From: Anaerolineales bacterium
GTDB taxonomy: Bacteria > Chloroflexota > Anaerolineae > Anaerolineales > DRKV01
Direction of reading: 5' to 3'
NCBI GenBank assembly: GCA_024763355.1
Contig: JANTFR010000002.1
Location: 1-45,465, forward strand
DNA length: 45,465 nt
Below the pieces are notes generated by a model. That model worked only from the letters and a program-made list of their open reading frames with translations. It was not told where the DNA came from and did no database searches. Position numbers and translations under genes: made by a program. Shown one piece after another: positions 24,162 to 32,663 of the stretch (positions within the stretch are counted from its first letter, which is position 1; every line of letters begins with the position of its first letter).

Positions 24162-24770
24162 TCAATTTGCCGTTTCTCGCAACGGTTCGACCAGCAGGAA
24201 GAGACCTTCCCGCCCGACTACTTTGACTTGCTCCCCCTCGGAGATAGGCGCTTCGCTTTGGGCGCTCCACAATTCGCCGTCCACGTACACCGAACCTTCT
24301 CGATAGATAGGAGTGCGCGCTTCCCCGATTTTGCCCACCAGGCGGGACAAATCCTGCATCGGCGGGGAGAAAAAAGTCTCGATGCTTTTCTCCGCCAGGA
24401 ACCACAAAAAACCGCCTTCCAGCAAGGTGGCAAAAAATATCACCAGCGGATGCACCCCTATCAATCCGCCCTGCGGGTCGCGGAAGAGTAACGCGCTGCC
24501 GATGAAGAAAAGCACCAGGGATACCCCCAACGCCAGACGGCTGTATTTGCGCCGGAAGGCCAGCGCCAGCGGGAGAAACCCCAACGCAACGAAGGCCAGC
24601 GCCCACAGGTTGACCGCCATCTGGGATACCTGATACCCGGCTACTACCAGAAGGAAGAAGGCGCCGATTTCCAGAATCCCCGTACCGGGGGTCAAAATTG
24701 CTGCCACGACGGTCAAAAGCGCCAGCATGGCGGTCACATAGGCTACGTTGGGGTCGAGCAGGGTTATCAT
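24162..24770 (-). CDS. NfeD family membrane protein (partner of the SPFH protein)
   Basis: Multi-TM N-terminal part plus C-terminal OB domain GKIGEARTPIYREGSVYVDGELWSAQSEAPISEGEQVKVVGREGLFLLVEP. Immediately upstream of the SPFH gene. Confidence 0.85.
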   Translation of the reverse strand: MITLLDPNVAYVTAMLALLTVVAAILTPGTGILEIGAFFLLVVAGYQVSQMAVNLWALAFVALGFLPLALAFRRKYSRLALGVSLVLFFIGSALLFRDPQGGLIGVHPLVIFFATLLEGGFLWFLAEKSIETFFSPPMQDLSRLVGKIGEARTPIYREGSVYVDGELWSAQSEAPISEGEQVKVVGREGLFLLVEPLRETAN

Positions 24771-24780
24771 GGCAACACCT

Positions 24781-24805
24781 CGTATAAACCATTATAATAT
24801 AATCT
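24781..24805. promoter_or_regulatory. AT-rich divergent promoter region between nfeD and the C-N hydrolase gene
   Basis: CGTATAAACCATTATAATATAATCT contains TATAAT on both strands. It is the only strongly AT-rich patch in this neighbourhood. Confidence 0.45.
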
Positions 24806-24864
24806 CGATTGCAGAGCAGAACTCTCTTTTTCGTTGCACACGCGCACCCTCCCCGGAGTTTTCC

Positions 24865-25716
24865 ATGACCCTGACCATCGCCCTGGCGCAAATCAACACC
24901 ACGCTCGGCAACGTAGAACGCAATCTGGAAAAGCACCTCGCCCTGGCAAAGGAAGCCCGCAAGTCCGATGCTGACCTGCTCATCTTCCCGGAACTCTCCC
25001 TCACCGGCTACGTGCTGCAAGACCTCGCCAGCGCCGTCGCCCACCGGCCGAGGCGGGACGACCCCGTTTTCCGCCCTCTCCTGGAGGCCAGTCAGGACAT
25101 TGACCTGGTGGTGGGCTTCGTGGACGAAGACTCGCGCTCCCGCTTCTACATCGCGGCGGCCTATCTCTCCCGCGGGGAGGTGCTGCACGTTCACCACAAA
25201 GTCTACCTGCCCACCTACGGTCTCTTCGACGAGGGGCGTTTCTTCGCCTGGGGAGACAGCGTCCGCGCCTTCGACACCCGTTTCGGGCGCATGGGCATCC
25301 TGATTTGTGAGGATTTCTGGCACGCCTCGCCCCCCTACCTGCTGTGGCTGGATGGCGCCGATACGCTGCTCCTCACTTCCGCCTCGCCGGGGCGCGGCCT
25401 GGGCAGCGGCGAACAACTCGCCTCCGCCCAATGGGTGGAGCACATCAACCGCGCCTACGCCAGCCTCTACACCGTCTTCGTGGCGCATGCCAACCGGGTT
25501 GGCTACGAAGACGGCCTCAACTTTTGGGGCGGCTCCACCGTTTTCGACCCCGACGGCGACCTCCTGGCCCGCGGCCCCTATCACGAAGAAGCCCTCACCC
25601 TGGCCGAGGTGGATTTGCGCCAGATTCACCGCACCCGCGCCCGCCTCCCCCTCCTGCGCGACGAACGCACCGCCCTCGTCCGCCGGGAACTCAACCGTAT
25701 CCTTCAGGACAACTGA
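24865..25716 (+). CDS. carbon-nitrogen hydrolase (nitrilase superfamily), possible glutaminase subunit for NadE
   Basis: Trimmed to ATG 24865. E-K-C triad context: LLIFPELSLTGY, HHKVYLP, GILICEDFWH. Confidence 0.85.
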   Translation: MTLTIALAQINTTLGNVERNLEKHLALAKEARKSDADLLIFPELSLTGYVLQDLASAVAHRPRRDDPVFRPLLEASQDIDLVVGFVDEDSRSRFYIAAAYLSRGEVLHVHHKVYLPTYGLFDEGRFFAWGDSVRAFDTRFGRMGILICEDFWHASPPYLLWLDGADTLLLTSASPGRGLGSGEQLASAQWVEHINRAYASLYTVFVAHANRVGYEDGLNFWGGSTVFDPDGDLLARGPYHEEALTLAEVDLRQIHRTRARLPLLRDERTALVRRELNRILQDN

Positions 25717-25754
25717 CCCTCCCCACTTGCAAACTTTCCCACCTTCAAACCTCC
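25717..25754 (+). repeat. CACTTGCAAACTTTCCCAC word cluster filling the spacer before the permease gene
   Basis: CCCTCCCCACTTGCAAACTTTCCCACCTTCAAACCTCC-ATG. Confidence 0.7.
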
Positions 25755-27458
25755 ATGAAACCATTCCGCATCCTGACCATCCTGACCCTCTGGATACTTG
25801 CTCTCGCCCTATGGGGAGCGCAGACGCCCCCTGTGCGGGCTGCTGACCCCCACGGGTTTGCCTACACCCTGGGGGGACAGGTCTCCGACCCCCAGGGGCA
25901 GCCCATCGAAGATGCGCACATCGCCCTCTACCGCGGCCACGATACCCAACCCATCGCCGAGACCGAGAGTTTGAGCGATGGAACCTGGCAAATCAGCCTC
26001 TCCGAGATTCCATCGGGGGAACTGCACCTGCACGTCAGCCGCGCCCACTACCAGGAACAGGACATTCCCATCAACGGAGCACTCGTTCAAGAGTGGCGGG
26101 CATCCGGTAGTTACGTCATGGAGGCCCTCACCCTGGAGCGGCGCGTCACATCCGGTTTTTGGGCTGCAACGGTCGTTTTTCTGGGCGTCCTCCTGCTGAT
26201 TGCCTTCGAGAAACTGCACAGCACCACGGCAGCCCTCACCGGGGCCTCCCTCATCTTTCTGGTGAGTTACTTCGGCAGCGCCTGGATTTCGCCCAATCTC
26301 TACATTATCACCTTCGAACGGGCGCTGGAATACATCAACTGGGAAGTCATCCTGCTGGTGATGGCGATGATGATTATGATTGCCATTATCGAAGACACCG
26401 GCATCTTCCAGTGGCTGGCCTTCCAGTCCTACCGCATCAGCCGGGGGCGCGCCTGGATGCTGGCCCTGATTTTGATGGCCCTTACCGCCGTGGCCTCCGC
26501 CCTCCTGGACAACTTCACCACCATGCTCCTGATGACTCCCATCAGTTTGCAAATCGGGGTAGCGCTGGGCATCAATCCGCTGGCGCTCATCATCCCCGAG
26601 GTACTGGCCTCCAACGTGGGCGGCATCAGCACCCTGGTCGGCACGCCCACCAACATCCTGATTGGCGCCTACGCCGACATCGGCTTCACCGATTTTCTGA
26701 ACTACGAAACCGGCGGCGTGCTCATGGCGCTGGTCGTGATGGGCGCTTTCGTCCTCTACCACTACCGGGAGGAATGGCACAAAGCGGGGAACACCCTCTC
26801 CCCGGCGCTCTACAAACGCCTGCAAGAAAATGCCCGCATCGAAGACCCTCAGGCCCTTGCCAAAGCACTGACCGTATTTACCCTCGTGATGGTCGGTTTT
26901 GTGATTGGAGAACACGTCGGCGCGCCGCCCGCCGTCCCCGCCCTGATTGGCGCTTCTGCCCTGCTCATCTGGCTCAAACCCGACGTGCATCACATGATAA
27001 AGGCCGTGGACTGGACGACCCTGGTCTTTTTCATGGCATTGTTCATTGTGGTGGGGGCCGTTCAGGAGGTCGGGCTGATTAGCGTGGTAGCCGTCGCGAT
27101 GAGCAATGCCGTCGGGACGAACCTGCCGCTGGCAACTTTCGCCGTCCTCTTTGGGGCGGGAACCTTCTCTGTTTTCATCGCCAATATCCCGCTGACAGCC
27201 TCCATGCTTCCCATCGTAGAGTTCCTGACGGGGAACATTCCGGGGGCCAACTCCAAAGTGCTCTACTACGCCCTTTCGATGGGCGCGGCAATGGGCGGGA
27301 ACGGCACGCTCATCGGCGGGGAGGCCAACCTGGTCACCGCCGGTATCACCGCCCAGACGGATTCGCCCATCACCTTCAAGGAATTCATCAAAATCGGTCT
27401 TCCCATCACCTACCTGACCCTTGTCGTCGGCTACCTGTGGCTCTTGATTCGCTTTTAA
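25755..27458 (+). CDS. ArsB/NhaD-superfamily permease with N-terminal secreted beta-sandwich (carboxypeptidase-regulatory-like) domain
   Basis: Trimmed to ATG 25755. Signal peptide, then GGQVSDPQGQPIEDAHIALY...SDGTWQISL, then roughly 10-12 TM segments with repeated SNVGGISTLVGTPTN / GGNGTLIGGEANL motifs. Confidence 0.8.
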   Translation: MKPFRILTILTLWILALALWGAQTPPVRAADPHGFAYTLGGQVSDPQGQPIEDAHIALYRGHDTQPIAETESLSDGTWQISLSEIPSGELHLHVSRAHYQEQDIPINGALVQEWRASGSYVMEALTLERRVTSGFWAATVVFLGVLLLIAFEKLHSTTAALTGASLIFLVSYFGSAWISPNLYIITFERALEYINWEVILLVMAMMIMIAIIEDTGIFQWLAFQSYRISRGRAWMLALILMALTAVASALLDNFTTMLLMTPISLQIGVALGINPLALIIPEVLASNVGGISTLVGTPTNILIGAYADIGFTDFLNYETGGVLMALVVMGAFVLYHYREEWHKAGNTLSPALYKRLQENARIEDPQALAKALTVFTLVMVGFVIGEHVGAPPAVPALIGASALLIWLKPDVHHMIKAVDWTTLVFFMALFIVVGAVQEVGLISVVAVAMSNAVGTNLPLATFAVLFGAGTFSVFIANIPLTASMLPIVEFLTGNIPGANSKVLYYALSMGAAMGGNGTLIGGEANLVTAGITAQTDSPITFKEFIKIGLPITYLTLVVGYLWLLIRF

Positions 27459-27473
27459 CCCCCCCATTGGAGA

Positions 27474-27986
27474 ATGCCTATGCCCACCATTCTTTACCCT
27501 ACCCGAGGCGGACGTTCCAGTTATCCCAATCAGGAGCGCGTCTTCACCCTGGCCCGCGAGAAAGGGGCTAATTTGCTCCTGCTCTACGTCAGCAACGTGG
27601 AATTTCTCGGCATGGTAGCCCGCGCCAAAGTCGTTGACCTCGAAGAGCAACTCGATAACATGGGCGAATTCCTGCTCGCCATGGCGCAGGAACGCGCCGC
27701 CCAGGCGGGAGTCAAAGCCGAGATGCTGGTGCGCCGTGGCGAATTCCGTCAGGTGCTCAGCGAAGTGGTTGCCGAATACACCGTGGATACCGTCGTCCTG
27801 GGCGCGCCATCCGAGAAGACCGGCCTGACCACCCTGGATTTCATGCGGACTCTGTGCGCCGAACTCTCCGCCGAGACGGGCGTCCCCTTCCTCCTGGTGC
27901 AGGACGGCGAGATTGTGGAGACCTTCACGCCCGGCGAGGATGCCCGGCAAAACGTGGAGGAACCCCGGTCGGACACCGGGGTTTGA
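27474..27986 (+). CDS. universal stress protein-like (adenine nucleotide alpha-hydrolase fold)
   Basis: ILYPTRGG...LLLLYV...VVAEYTVDTVVLGAPS... layout. The start may be the second ATG at 27480, which has better SD spacing. Confidence 0.55.
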   Translation: MPMPTILYPTRGGRSSYPNQERVFTLAREKGANLLLLYVSNVEFLGMVARAKVVDLEEQLDNMGEFLLAMAQERAAQAGVKAEMLVRRGEFRQVLSEVVAEYTVDTVVLGAPSEKTGLTTLDFMRTLCAELSAETGVPFLLVQDGEIVETFTPGEDARQNVEEPRSDTGV

Positions 27987-28053
27987 ATGGTTTACTCGGA
28001 ACACCCAAAAACGCAGGGACGCGAAGGCGCAGCGGCGCAAAGGAAACATTTTC

Positions 28054-28175
28054 GGCTCTCTTCAGATTTGTGGGGTAAAGACTTCCGAGATTTTGACGAG
28101 AGCCGCTCCGGGTGAACATCACCCCAGGAAAATCTCGGAAGTCTGCCTCTCCTGCCCCACAATTCCGCGTTGACC
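28054..28175 (-). mobile_element. hairpin MITE copy B (inverted relative to copy A) flanked by direct duplication ACATTTTCG (28045-28053 and 28176-28184)
   Basis: The reverse complement aligns end to end with 2019-2141 with about 10 mismatches. It has its own, different flanking 9-bp direct repeat. Confidence 0.75.
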
Positions 28176-28363
28176 CACATTTTCGTCCAACCCGGCGACT
28201 AATTTGACAATGTCGCATTTGCGAGGTCGGCAGTTGAAACTGCACCAACATTTGCGAAGTCGCCCCTTCGACCTTGCTCAGGACAGGTCTTCGGCGACTG
28301 TAGAGTAACCTGCCGCTCTGCGTGCCTGTGAAAGACAGGTTTTGCAATCGTTGCTTTTCGCCC

Positions 28364-28431
28364 TTCGTGTACACTCGTGACATTCGTGACATTCGTGGAC
28401 CAATTCGTGTACATTCGTGCAAATTCGTGGA
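28364..28431 (-). repeat. CACGAAT-family tandem repeat (about 7 units), here in the antisense orientation upstream of nadE
   Basis: The plus strand reads TTCGTGTACACTCGTGACATTCGTGACATTCGTGGACCAATTCGTGTACATTCGTGCAAATTCGTGGAC. Confidence 0.88.
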
Positions 28432-28437
28432 CAATGT

Positions 28438-29259
28438 ATGATTGACTTGAGCATCAACCCCGCCCTGGCGCGCAAAATCCTGACCGGCTTTCTGCGTACC
28501 GAAATCACCCGCGTCAACTTTCGCAAGGCGGTCATCGGCCTTTCAGGGGGAATTGACTCGGCCCTCTCCTGCTTCCTGGCCGCCGAGGCCCTCGGCCCGG
28601 AGAACGTCCTGGCCGTGCGGATGCCTTACCGCACCTCCTCCCCCGATTCGCTAGAACACGCCCAACTGGTGATTGACGCCCTGGGCGTGCAATCCCTGAC
28701 GGTGGACATCACCGAGATGGTCGAGCCGCTTTTTTCCCGCTTCCCGGAGATGGACAACCTCCGCAAGGGCAACGTGATGGCGCGCGCCCGCATGATTGTG
28801 CTCTACGACCAGTCGGCAGCCTTCCGCGGCCTGGTGGTCGGCACCGGCAACAAGACCGAACTCCTTTTGGGCTACAGCACCCTGTACGGCGATTCGGCCT
28901 GCGCCCTCAACCCCATCGGCGACCTCTACAAGACCCAGGTGCGCCAACTGGCGCGGGCCGTGGGCGTCCCCGAACCCATCCTCGCCAAACCGCCCTCCGC
29001 CGACTTGTGGGTGGGACAAACCGACGAGGAGGAACTGGGTTTCACCTATGAGCAGGCCGACCAACTCCTTTACCTGCTGGTAGACCAGCGTTACAGTCCC
29101 GAGGACTGCGTCGCCGCCGGTTTCGACGCCTCCCTCGTCCGCGCCGTCATGGAGCGCGTCCGCCGCAACCACTTCAAGCGCATCCTGCCGCCGATTGCCA
29201 AACTCGGCAACCGCACCATCGGCTACGACTTCCTCTACCTGCGCGATTGGGGGACGTGA
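28438..29259 (+). CDS. nadE: NAD+ synthase (stand-alone synthetase domain)
   Basis: PP-loop GLSGGIDSAL. GNVMARARMIVLYD, GTGNKTELLLGYSTLYGD, IGDLYKTQV. Start taken at ATG 28438 rather than GTG 28417. Confidence 0.9.
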   Translation: MIDLSINPALARKILTGFLRTEITRVNFRKAVIGLSGGIDSALSCFLAAEALGPENVLAVRMPYRTSSPDSLEHAQLVIDALGVQSLTVDITEMVEPLFSRFPEMDNLRKGNVMARARMIVLYDQSAAFRGLVVGTGNKTELLLGYSTLYGDSACALNPIGDLYKTQVRQLARAVGVPEPILAKPPSADLWVGQTDEEELGFTYEQADQLLYLLVDQRYSPEDCVAAGFDASLVRAVMERVRRNHFKRILPPIAKLGNRTIGYDFLYLRDWGT

Positions 29260-29261
29260 GG

Positions 29262-29488
29262 GGGACGACGGACGACGGACGGCAGACCACGGACGGTGGA
29301 CGGTGGACGACAGACCACAGGCCGTGCGGGGTGCAGGGGAGGAGACGGACGATGGACGACAGACCGCAGGCCGTGCGGAGTGCGAGGCGCGACGTGCGGG
29401 GGGGGACGACGTGCGGGACGGATAACAGCCCCCAGACACCAACCAACGAACTAATGAACCAATGCAACCAATGCAACCGATGCAACCA
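29262..29488 (+). repeat. composite spacer between nadE and purB: GGACGAC/GGACGGT words, two roughly 33-nt units (GGACGACAGACCRCAGGCCGTGCGGRGTGC), then CCAACGAACTAATG plus the CAACCAATG array
   Basis: Read directly. It starts right after the nadE TGA and runs into the purB start codon. Confidence 0.9.
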
Positions 29489-30883
29489 ATGAACTACTCC
29501 ACCTACCTCTCCCCCTTCACCTGGCGCTACGGGACGGAGGCCATGCGCCGCCTGTGGAGCGAGGAACACAAGCGCCGACTGTGGCGGCAGGTCTGGGTCG
29601 CCTTGGCGCAGGCGCAATCCGAATTCGGACTGGTATCCCCCGCACAGGTGGGTGACCTGCGGGCGCACGCCGAGGCGGTGGACGTAGGGCGCGCCCTGCA
29701 AATCGAATCCGAAATCCATCACGACCTGATGGCCGAAATCCGCGCCTTCGCTGAGCAATGTCCCGTGGGGGGCGGCATTATCCACCTGGGGGCTACCTCC
29801 ATGGACATCGAGGACAACGCCGAGGCTCTCCGCCTGCGCGCCGCCCTCGACCTGGTGCTGAAAGACCTGGGCGACCTCCTGGAAATCCTCACCGACCGCA
29901 TCGAAGCGCACGCCGAGACGCCCGTGATGGCCTTCACCCACCTCCAGCCCGCCGAACCCACCACCCTGGGCTACCGCTTGGCGCTCTACGCCCAGGACCT
30001 CCTCACCGACTACACCGACCTGCGCCGCCTGCGCACCGAAATCCGCGGCAAGGGCTTCAAAGGCGCGGTAGGCACATCCGCCTCCTACGCCGAACTGCTG
30101 GGCGCGGAGAACCTGCCCCGCTTCGAGGCTCGCCTGAGCGAACTTCTCGATCTGCCCTTTTATCCCGTCGCCTCCCAAACTTACCCTCGCAAACAGGAGT
30201 ACCGCCTGCTCAGTGCCCTGGCCGGGCTGGGCGGGTCGCTCTACAAATTCGCCTTCGACCTGCGTATTCTCCAATCTCCGCCCCTCGGCGAATGGAGCGA
30301 ACCCTTCGCGGCCAAACAGGTCGGCTCCTCGGCCATGCCCTTCAAGCGCAACCCCATCCAGGCCGAAAAACTGGATTCCCTGGGGCGCGCCCTGGCGCAG
30401 ATGCCCCGTCTGGCCTGGGACAACGCCGCCCATTCCCTTCTGGAGCGCACGCTGGACGACAGCGCCAACCGCCGCACCCTCCTGCCGGAGGCCTTCCTGA
30501 CCGCCTCGGAGATGCTTCGCGTCGCCCGCCGCCTGTTTGCGGAACTCCGCGTCGACGAAAGCGCCGTCCGCCGCACGCTGGAGACCTACGCCCCCTTCGC
30601 CGCCACCGAGCGCCTCCTGATGACCCTCGTCAAGCGCGGCGCAGACCGGCAGGAGATGCACGAACGCCTGCGGCTCCACGCCCTGGAGGCCTGGGAACAC
30701 CTCCGGGAGGGTCGCGGCAACCCCCTGATAGCGCTGGTGGAAGCCGACCCCGTTTTTCGGGCGCTCCTGACCCCCGAAGAAATCCGCTCCCTGATGGATG
30801 CCCGCGCCTACCTGGGCGATGCCCCCCGACGGGCGCAGGAAATGGGAGCAGCCATCAAAGCACGGCTGGGAGACATCCAATGA
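29489..30883 (+). CDS. purB: adenylosuccinate lyase
   Basis: MNYSTYLSPFTWRYGT..., GATSMDIEDN and signature SSAMPFKRNPI. Three further in-frame ATGs lie upstream in the repeat (29462, 29471, 29480). Confidence 0.92.
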   Translation: MNYSTYLSPFTWRYGTEAMRRLWSEEHKRRLWRQVWVALAQAQSEFGLVSPAQVGDLRAHAEAVDVGRALQIESEIHHDLMAEIRAFAEQCPVGGGIIHLGATSMDIEDNAEALRLRAALDLVLKDLGDLLEILTDRIEAHAETPVMAFTHLQPAEPTTLGYRLALYAQDLLTDYTDLRRLRTEIRGKGFKGAVGTSASYAELLGAENLPRFEARLSELLDLPFYPVASQTYPRKQEYRLLSALAGLGGSLYKFAFDLRILQSPPLGEWSEPFAAKQVGSSAMPFKRNPIQAEKLDSLGRALAQMPRLAWDNAAHSLLERTLDDSANRRTLLPEAFLTASEMLRVARRLFAELRVDESAVRRTLETYAPFAATERLLMTLVKRGADRQEMHERLRLHALEAWEHLREGRGNPLIALVEADPVFRALLTPEEIRSLMDARAYLGDAPRRAQEMGAAIKARLGDIQ

Positions 30884-30893
30884 AAACGCTTTT

Positions 30894-30952
30894 GGAGTGC
30901 GACATAAAGATGTCGCTTTAGAAAGCGGCGACGTGTCGCCGCACTTCAAAGC
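30894..30952 (+). repeat. REP-like hairpin doublet, left of the RAYT gene
   Basis: GGAGTGCGACATAAAGATGTCGCTTTAGAAAGCGGCGACGTGTCGCCGCACTTCAAAGC contains two hairpins (GCGACAT/ATGTCGC and GCGGCGAC/GTCGCCGC). Confidence 0.8.
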
Positions 30953-30963
30953 AAGGAGGAAAT

Positions 30964-31491
30964 ATGGACTGGCCTCACGCTCCCAAACACTGGCTGTTCC
31001 AGCCGGGAATCTATATCGTCACTGCCGCGACCTATCATAAACATCCGCACCTTCGTTCTCCTGAACGCAAGGATTTCTTTCTGGAACGTCTGTTTGCCAT
31101 CGCAAAAGAATTCGGCTGGGCGTTACAGGCCTGGGCAATCCTGAACAACCATTACCACTTTGTCGCTGCTTCGCCGGAAGACCCTGCCACCCTGCGCCGT
31201 TTTATCGCCAAACTGCACATGACTACCGCCAAAGCCTTCAACCAATTGGACGACACGCCTGGGCGGAAAGTATGGTATCAGTATTGGGATACTTTGCTGA
31301 CCTACCAGCGCTCCTACCTCGCGCGGCTGAACTACGTCAACCAGAACCCGGTCAAACATGGGCTGGCAAAAAACGCAGAAGCGTATCGCTGGTGTTCGGC
31401 ACGCTGGTTCGCTCAAAACGCGCCGCCGGCCTTCGTAACGAGCGTGCAACGCTTCAAGATAGACCGCGTCAACGTCTACGACGATTTTTAG
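30964..31491 (+). CDS. REP-associated tyrosine transposase (RAYT; IS200/IS605-like Y1 HUH transposase)
   Basis: HUH motif NNHYHFVA and catalytic Tyr region YVNQNPVKHGL. SD aaggagg 6 nt upstream. Flanked by REP-like hairpin doublets. Confidence 0.85.
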   Translation: MDWPHAPKHWLFQPGIYIVTAATYHKHPHLRSPERKDFFLERLFAIAKEFGWALQAWAILNNHYHFVAASPEDPATLRRFIAKLHMTTAKAFNQLDDTPGRKVWYQYWDTLLTYQRSYLARLNYVNQNPVKHGLAKNAEAYRWCSARWFAQNAPPAFVTSVQRFKIDRVNVYDDF

Positions 31492-31496
31492 GCTAT

Positions 31497-31569
31497 GGAG
31501 TGCGACCTATGGAGTGCGGCATCGAGATGCCGCTTTCCATAGCGGAGACAAGTCTCCGCACACCAAATC
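31497..31569 (+). repeat. REP-like hairpin doublet, right of the RAYT gene (plus a 14-nt partial duplication)
   Basis: GGAGTGCGGCATCGAGATGCCGCTTTCCATAGCGGAGACAAGTCTCCGCACACCAAATC aligns position for position with 30894-30952. Both stems carry compensatory changes. Confidence 0.8.
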
Positions 31570-31640
31570 TCCACCCGCCGCGGGCAAGATTTCGCATCTC
31601 TCCACGACGACTCTCTCTTCCGGGTGCTGGTTGCAACTTA

Positions 31641-31680
31641 AAAAGACCTCCGAGGTCTTGGAGACCTCGGAGGTCTTCAG
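31641..31680. repeat. tandem pair of palindromes AGACCTCCGAGGTCT / AGACCTCGGAGGTCT
   Basis: Two adjacent 15-nt palindromes related in sequence to the MITE core (AGACTTCCGAG). They sit just downstream of the wHTH regulator stop on the minus strand. Confidence 0.6.
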
Positions 31681-31683
31681 ATT

Positions 31684-31989
31684 TTACCCCTCGCGGGCGG
31701 GAGAATCCAGAAAATTCAGCATCTCCCGGCGGTAGGCATCGAAAGCGGCGCGGCCCTCTGGGGTCAGGCGAATCAGCGTCAAGGGGCGTTTGCCGCGGTA
31801 AGTCTTCTCGATGGCGACGTACCCACCATTTTCCAGTTTGCTCAAATGGGTGGAGAGATTCCCCTTCGTCAGGCCGGTGATGTGCAGCAGATAGAGAAAG
31901 TCGGCCTCATCCAGCAGGGAGAGCGCCGAGACGATTTTGAGGCGCGCCGGGGCGTGGATGAGGGGGTCCAGGTCGGGAAAGGCGCTCAT
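31684..31989 (-). CDS. winged-helix transcriptional regulator (ArsR/MarR-like)
   Basis: Trimmed to ATG 31989. LIHAPARLKIVSALS...FLYLLHITGLTKGNLSTHLSKLENGGYVAIEKTYRGKRPLTLIRLTPEGRAAF. ATGA overlap with the upstream membrane-protein gene. Confidence 0.7.
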   Translation of the reverse strand: MSAFPDLDPLIHAPARLKIVSALSLLDEADFLYLLHITGLTKGNLSTHLSKLENGGYVAIEKTYRGKRPLTLIRLTPEGRAAFDAYRREMLNFLDSPAREG

Positions 31990-32636
31990 GCCGTGCCCTC
32001 CGGGCGGGGGTGGCGGCGCAGGTAACGGAACATCGTCCACAGCCCGCCCAGGAGCATGACCGCCCCGAGGCTCAGCAGGACGGGCACGCCGGAAAGCACG
32101 GCGGTGCGCCCCGTGCGGGACAGCGCATCCAGACGCATCGCCGCTGCCACGCCGCTGAGAGCCGCCGCCAGGGCGTAAAAACCGTATCGCCAACTGCTCT
32201 GCTGCCGGGCGACGAAGACCAGCACGGCGGCAAAGACCAGCGGCAGGAAGAGGGCAAAGAGTTTTTCCCTGGCGGGGGTGGAATTCCCCAGGGCGGCCCA
32301 CAAGACCAGCAAGGCCAGCAGCACCGCAAAAAAGGCCGCAATGAACACGCGGCGGGTGGTTTCTCCCCGCGGCGGACGAGCATACGTCACATAACCGGTG
32401 CGCGGGTAGGTGAAATGCTCCTTGAAGCGCCGCAGGAGCAGGATGCTCAGCCCAATCCAGGCGGGCAGGAAAAAAGCCTGGGCAAAAGGAAGCCAGGCGG
32501 CGTCATCCCGCGCCGCCCACCAGGAGAGCAGCCCGTAGAGCAGGAAGCCCAGACCGATGTACAGGTCGGGCAGGCCGTCCTCCGTCCAGTAACGGCGCAC
32601 TTGTTTGCGGGTTTCCTCGATGATGGGGTTGTTCAT
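31986..32636 (-). CDS. hypothetical multi-pass membrane protein (co-transcribed with the wHTH regulator)
   Basis: 216 aa with five to six hydrophobic segments. No motif recognised. Coding call is supported by translational coupling to the regulator. Confidence 0.55.
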   Translation of the reverse strand: MNNPIIEETRKQVRRYWTEDGLPDLYIGLGFLLYGLLSWWAARDDAAWLPFAQAFFLPAWIGLSILLLRRFKEHFTYPRTGYVTYARPPRGETTRRVFIAAFFAVLLALLVLWAALGNSTPAREKLFALFLPLVFAAVLVFVARQQSSWRYGFYALAAALSGVAAAMRLDALSRTGRTAVLSGVPVLLSLGAVMLLGGLWTMFRYLRRHPRPEGTA

Positions 32637-32663
32637 AGCAATATCCTTTCTTTAATTCAAACT

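Noticed and set aside
25809-28049. 746-aa minus-strand ORF opposite the permease and Usp genes
   Set aside because: It is a shadow frame of the ArsB/NhaD permease. It is G/D/H/R-rich with no domain signature, whereas the plus-strand product has clear TM and transporter motifs.
28199-28414. 71-aa minus-strand ORF in the spacer upstream of nadE
   Set aside because: It consists largely of translated CACGAAT repeat (NVTNVTSVHE). It has no SD and no motif.
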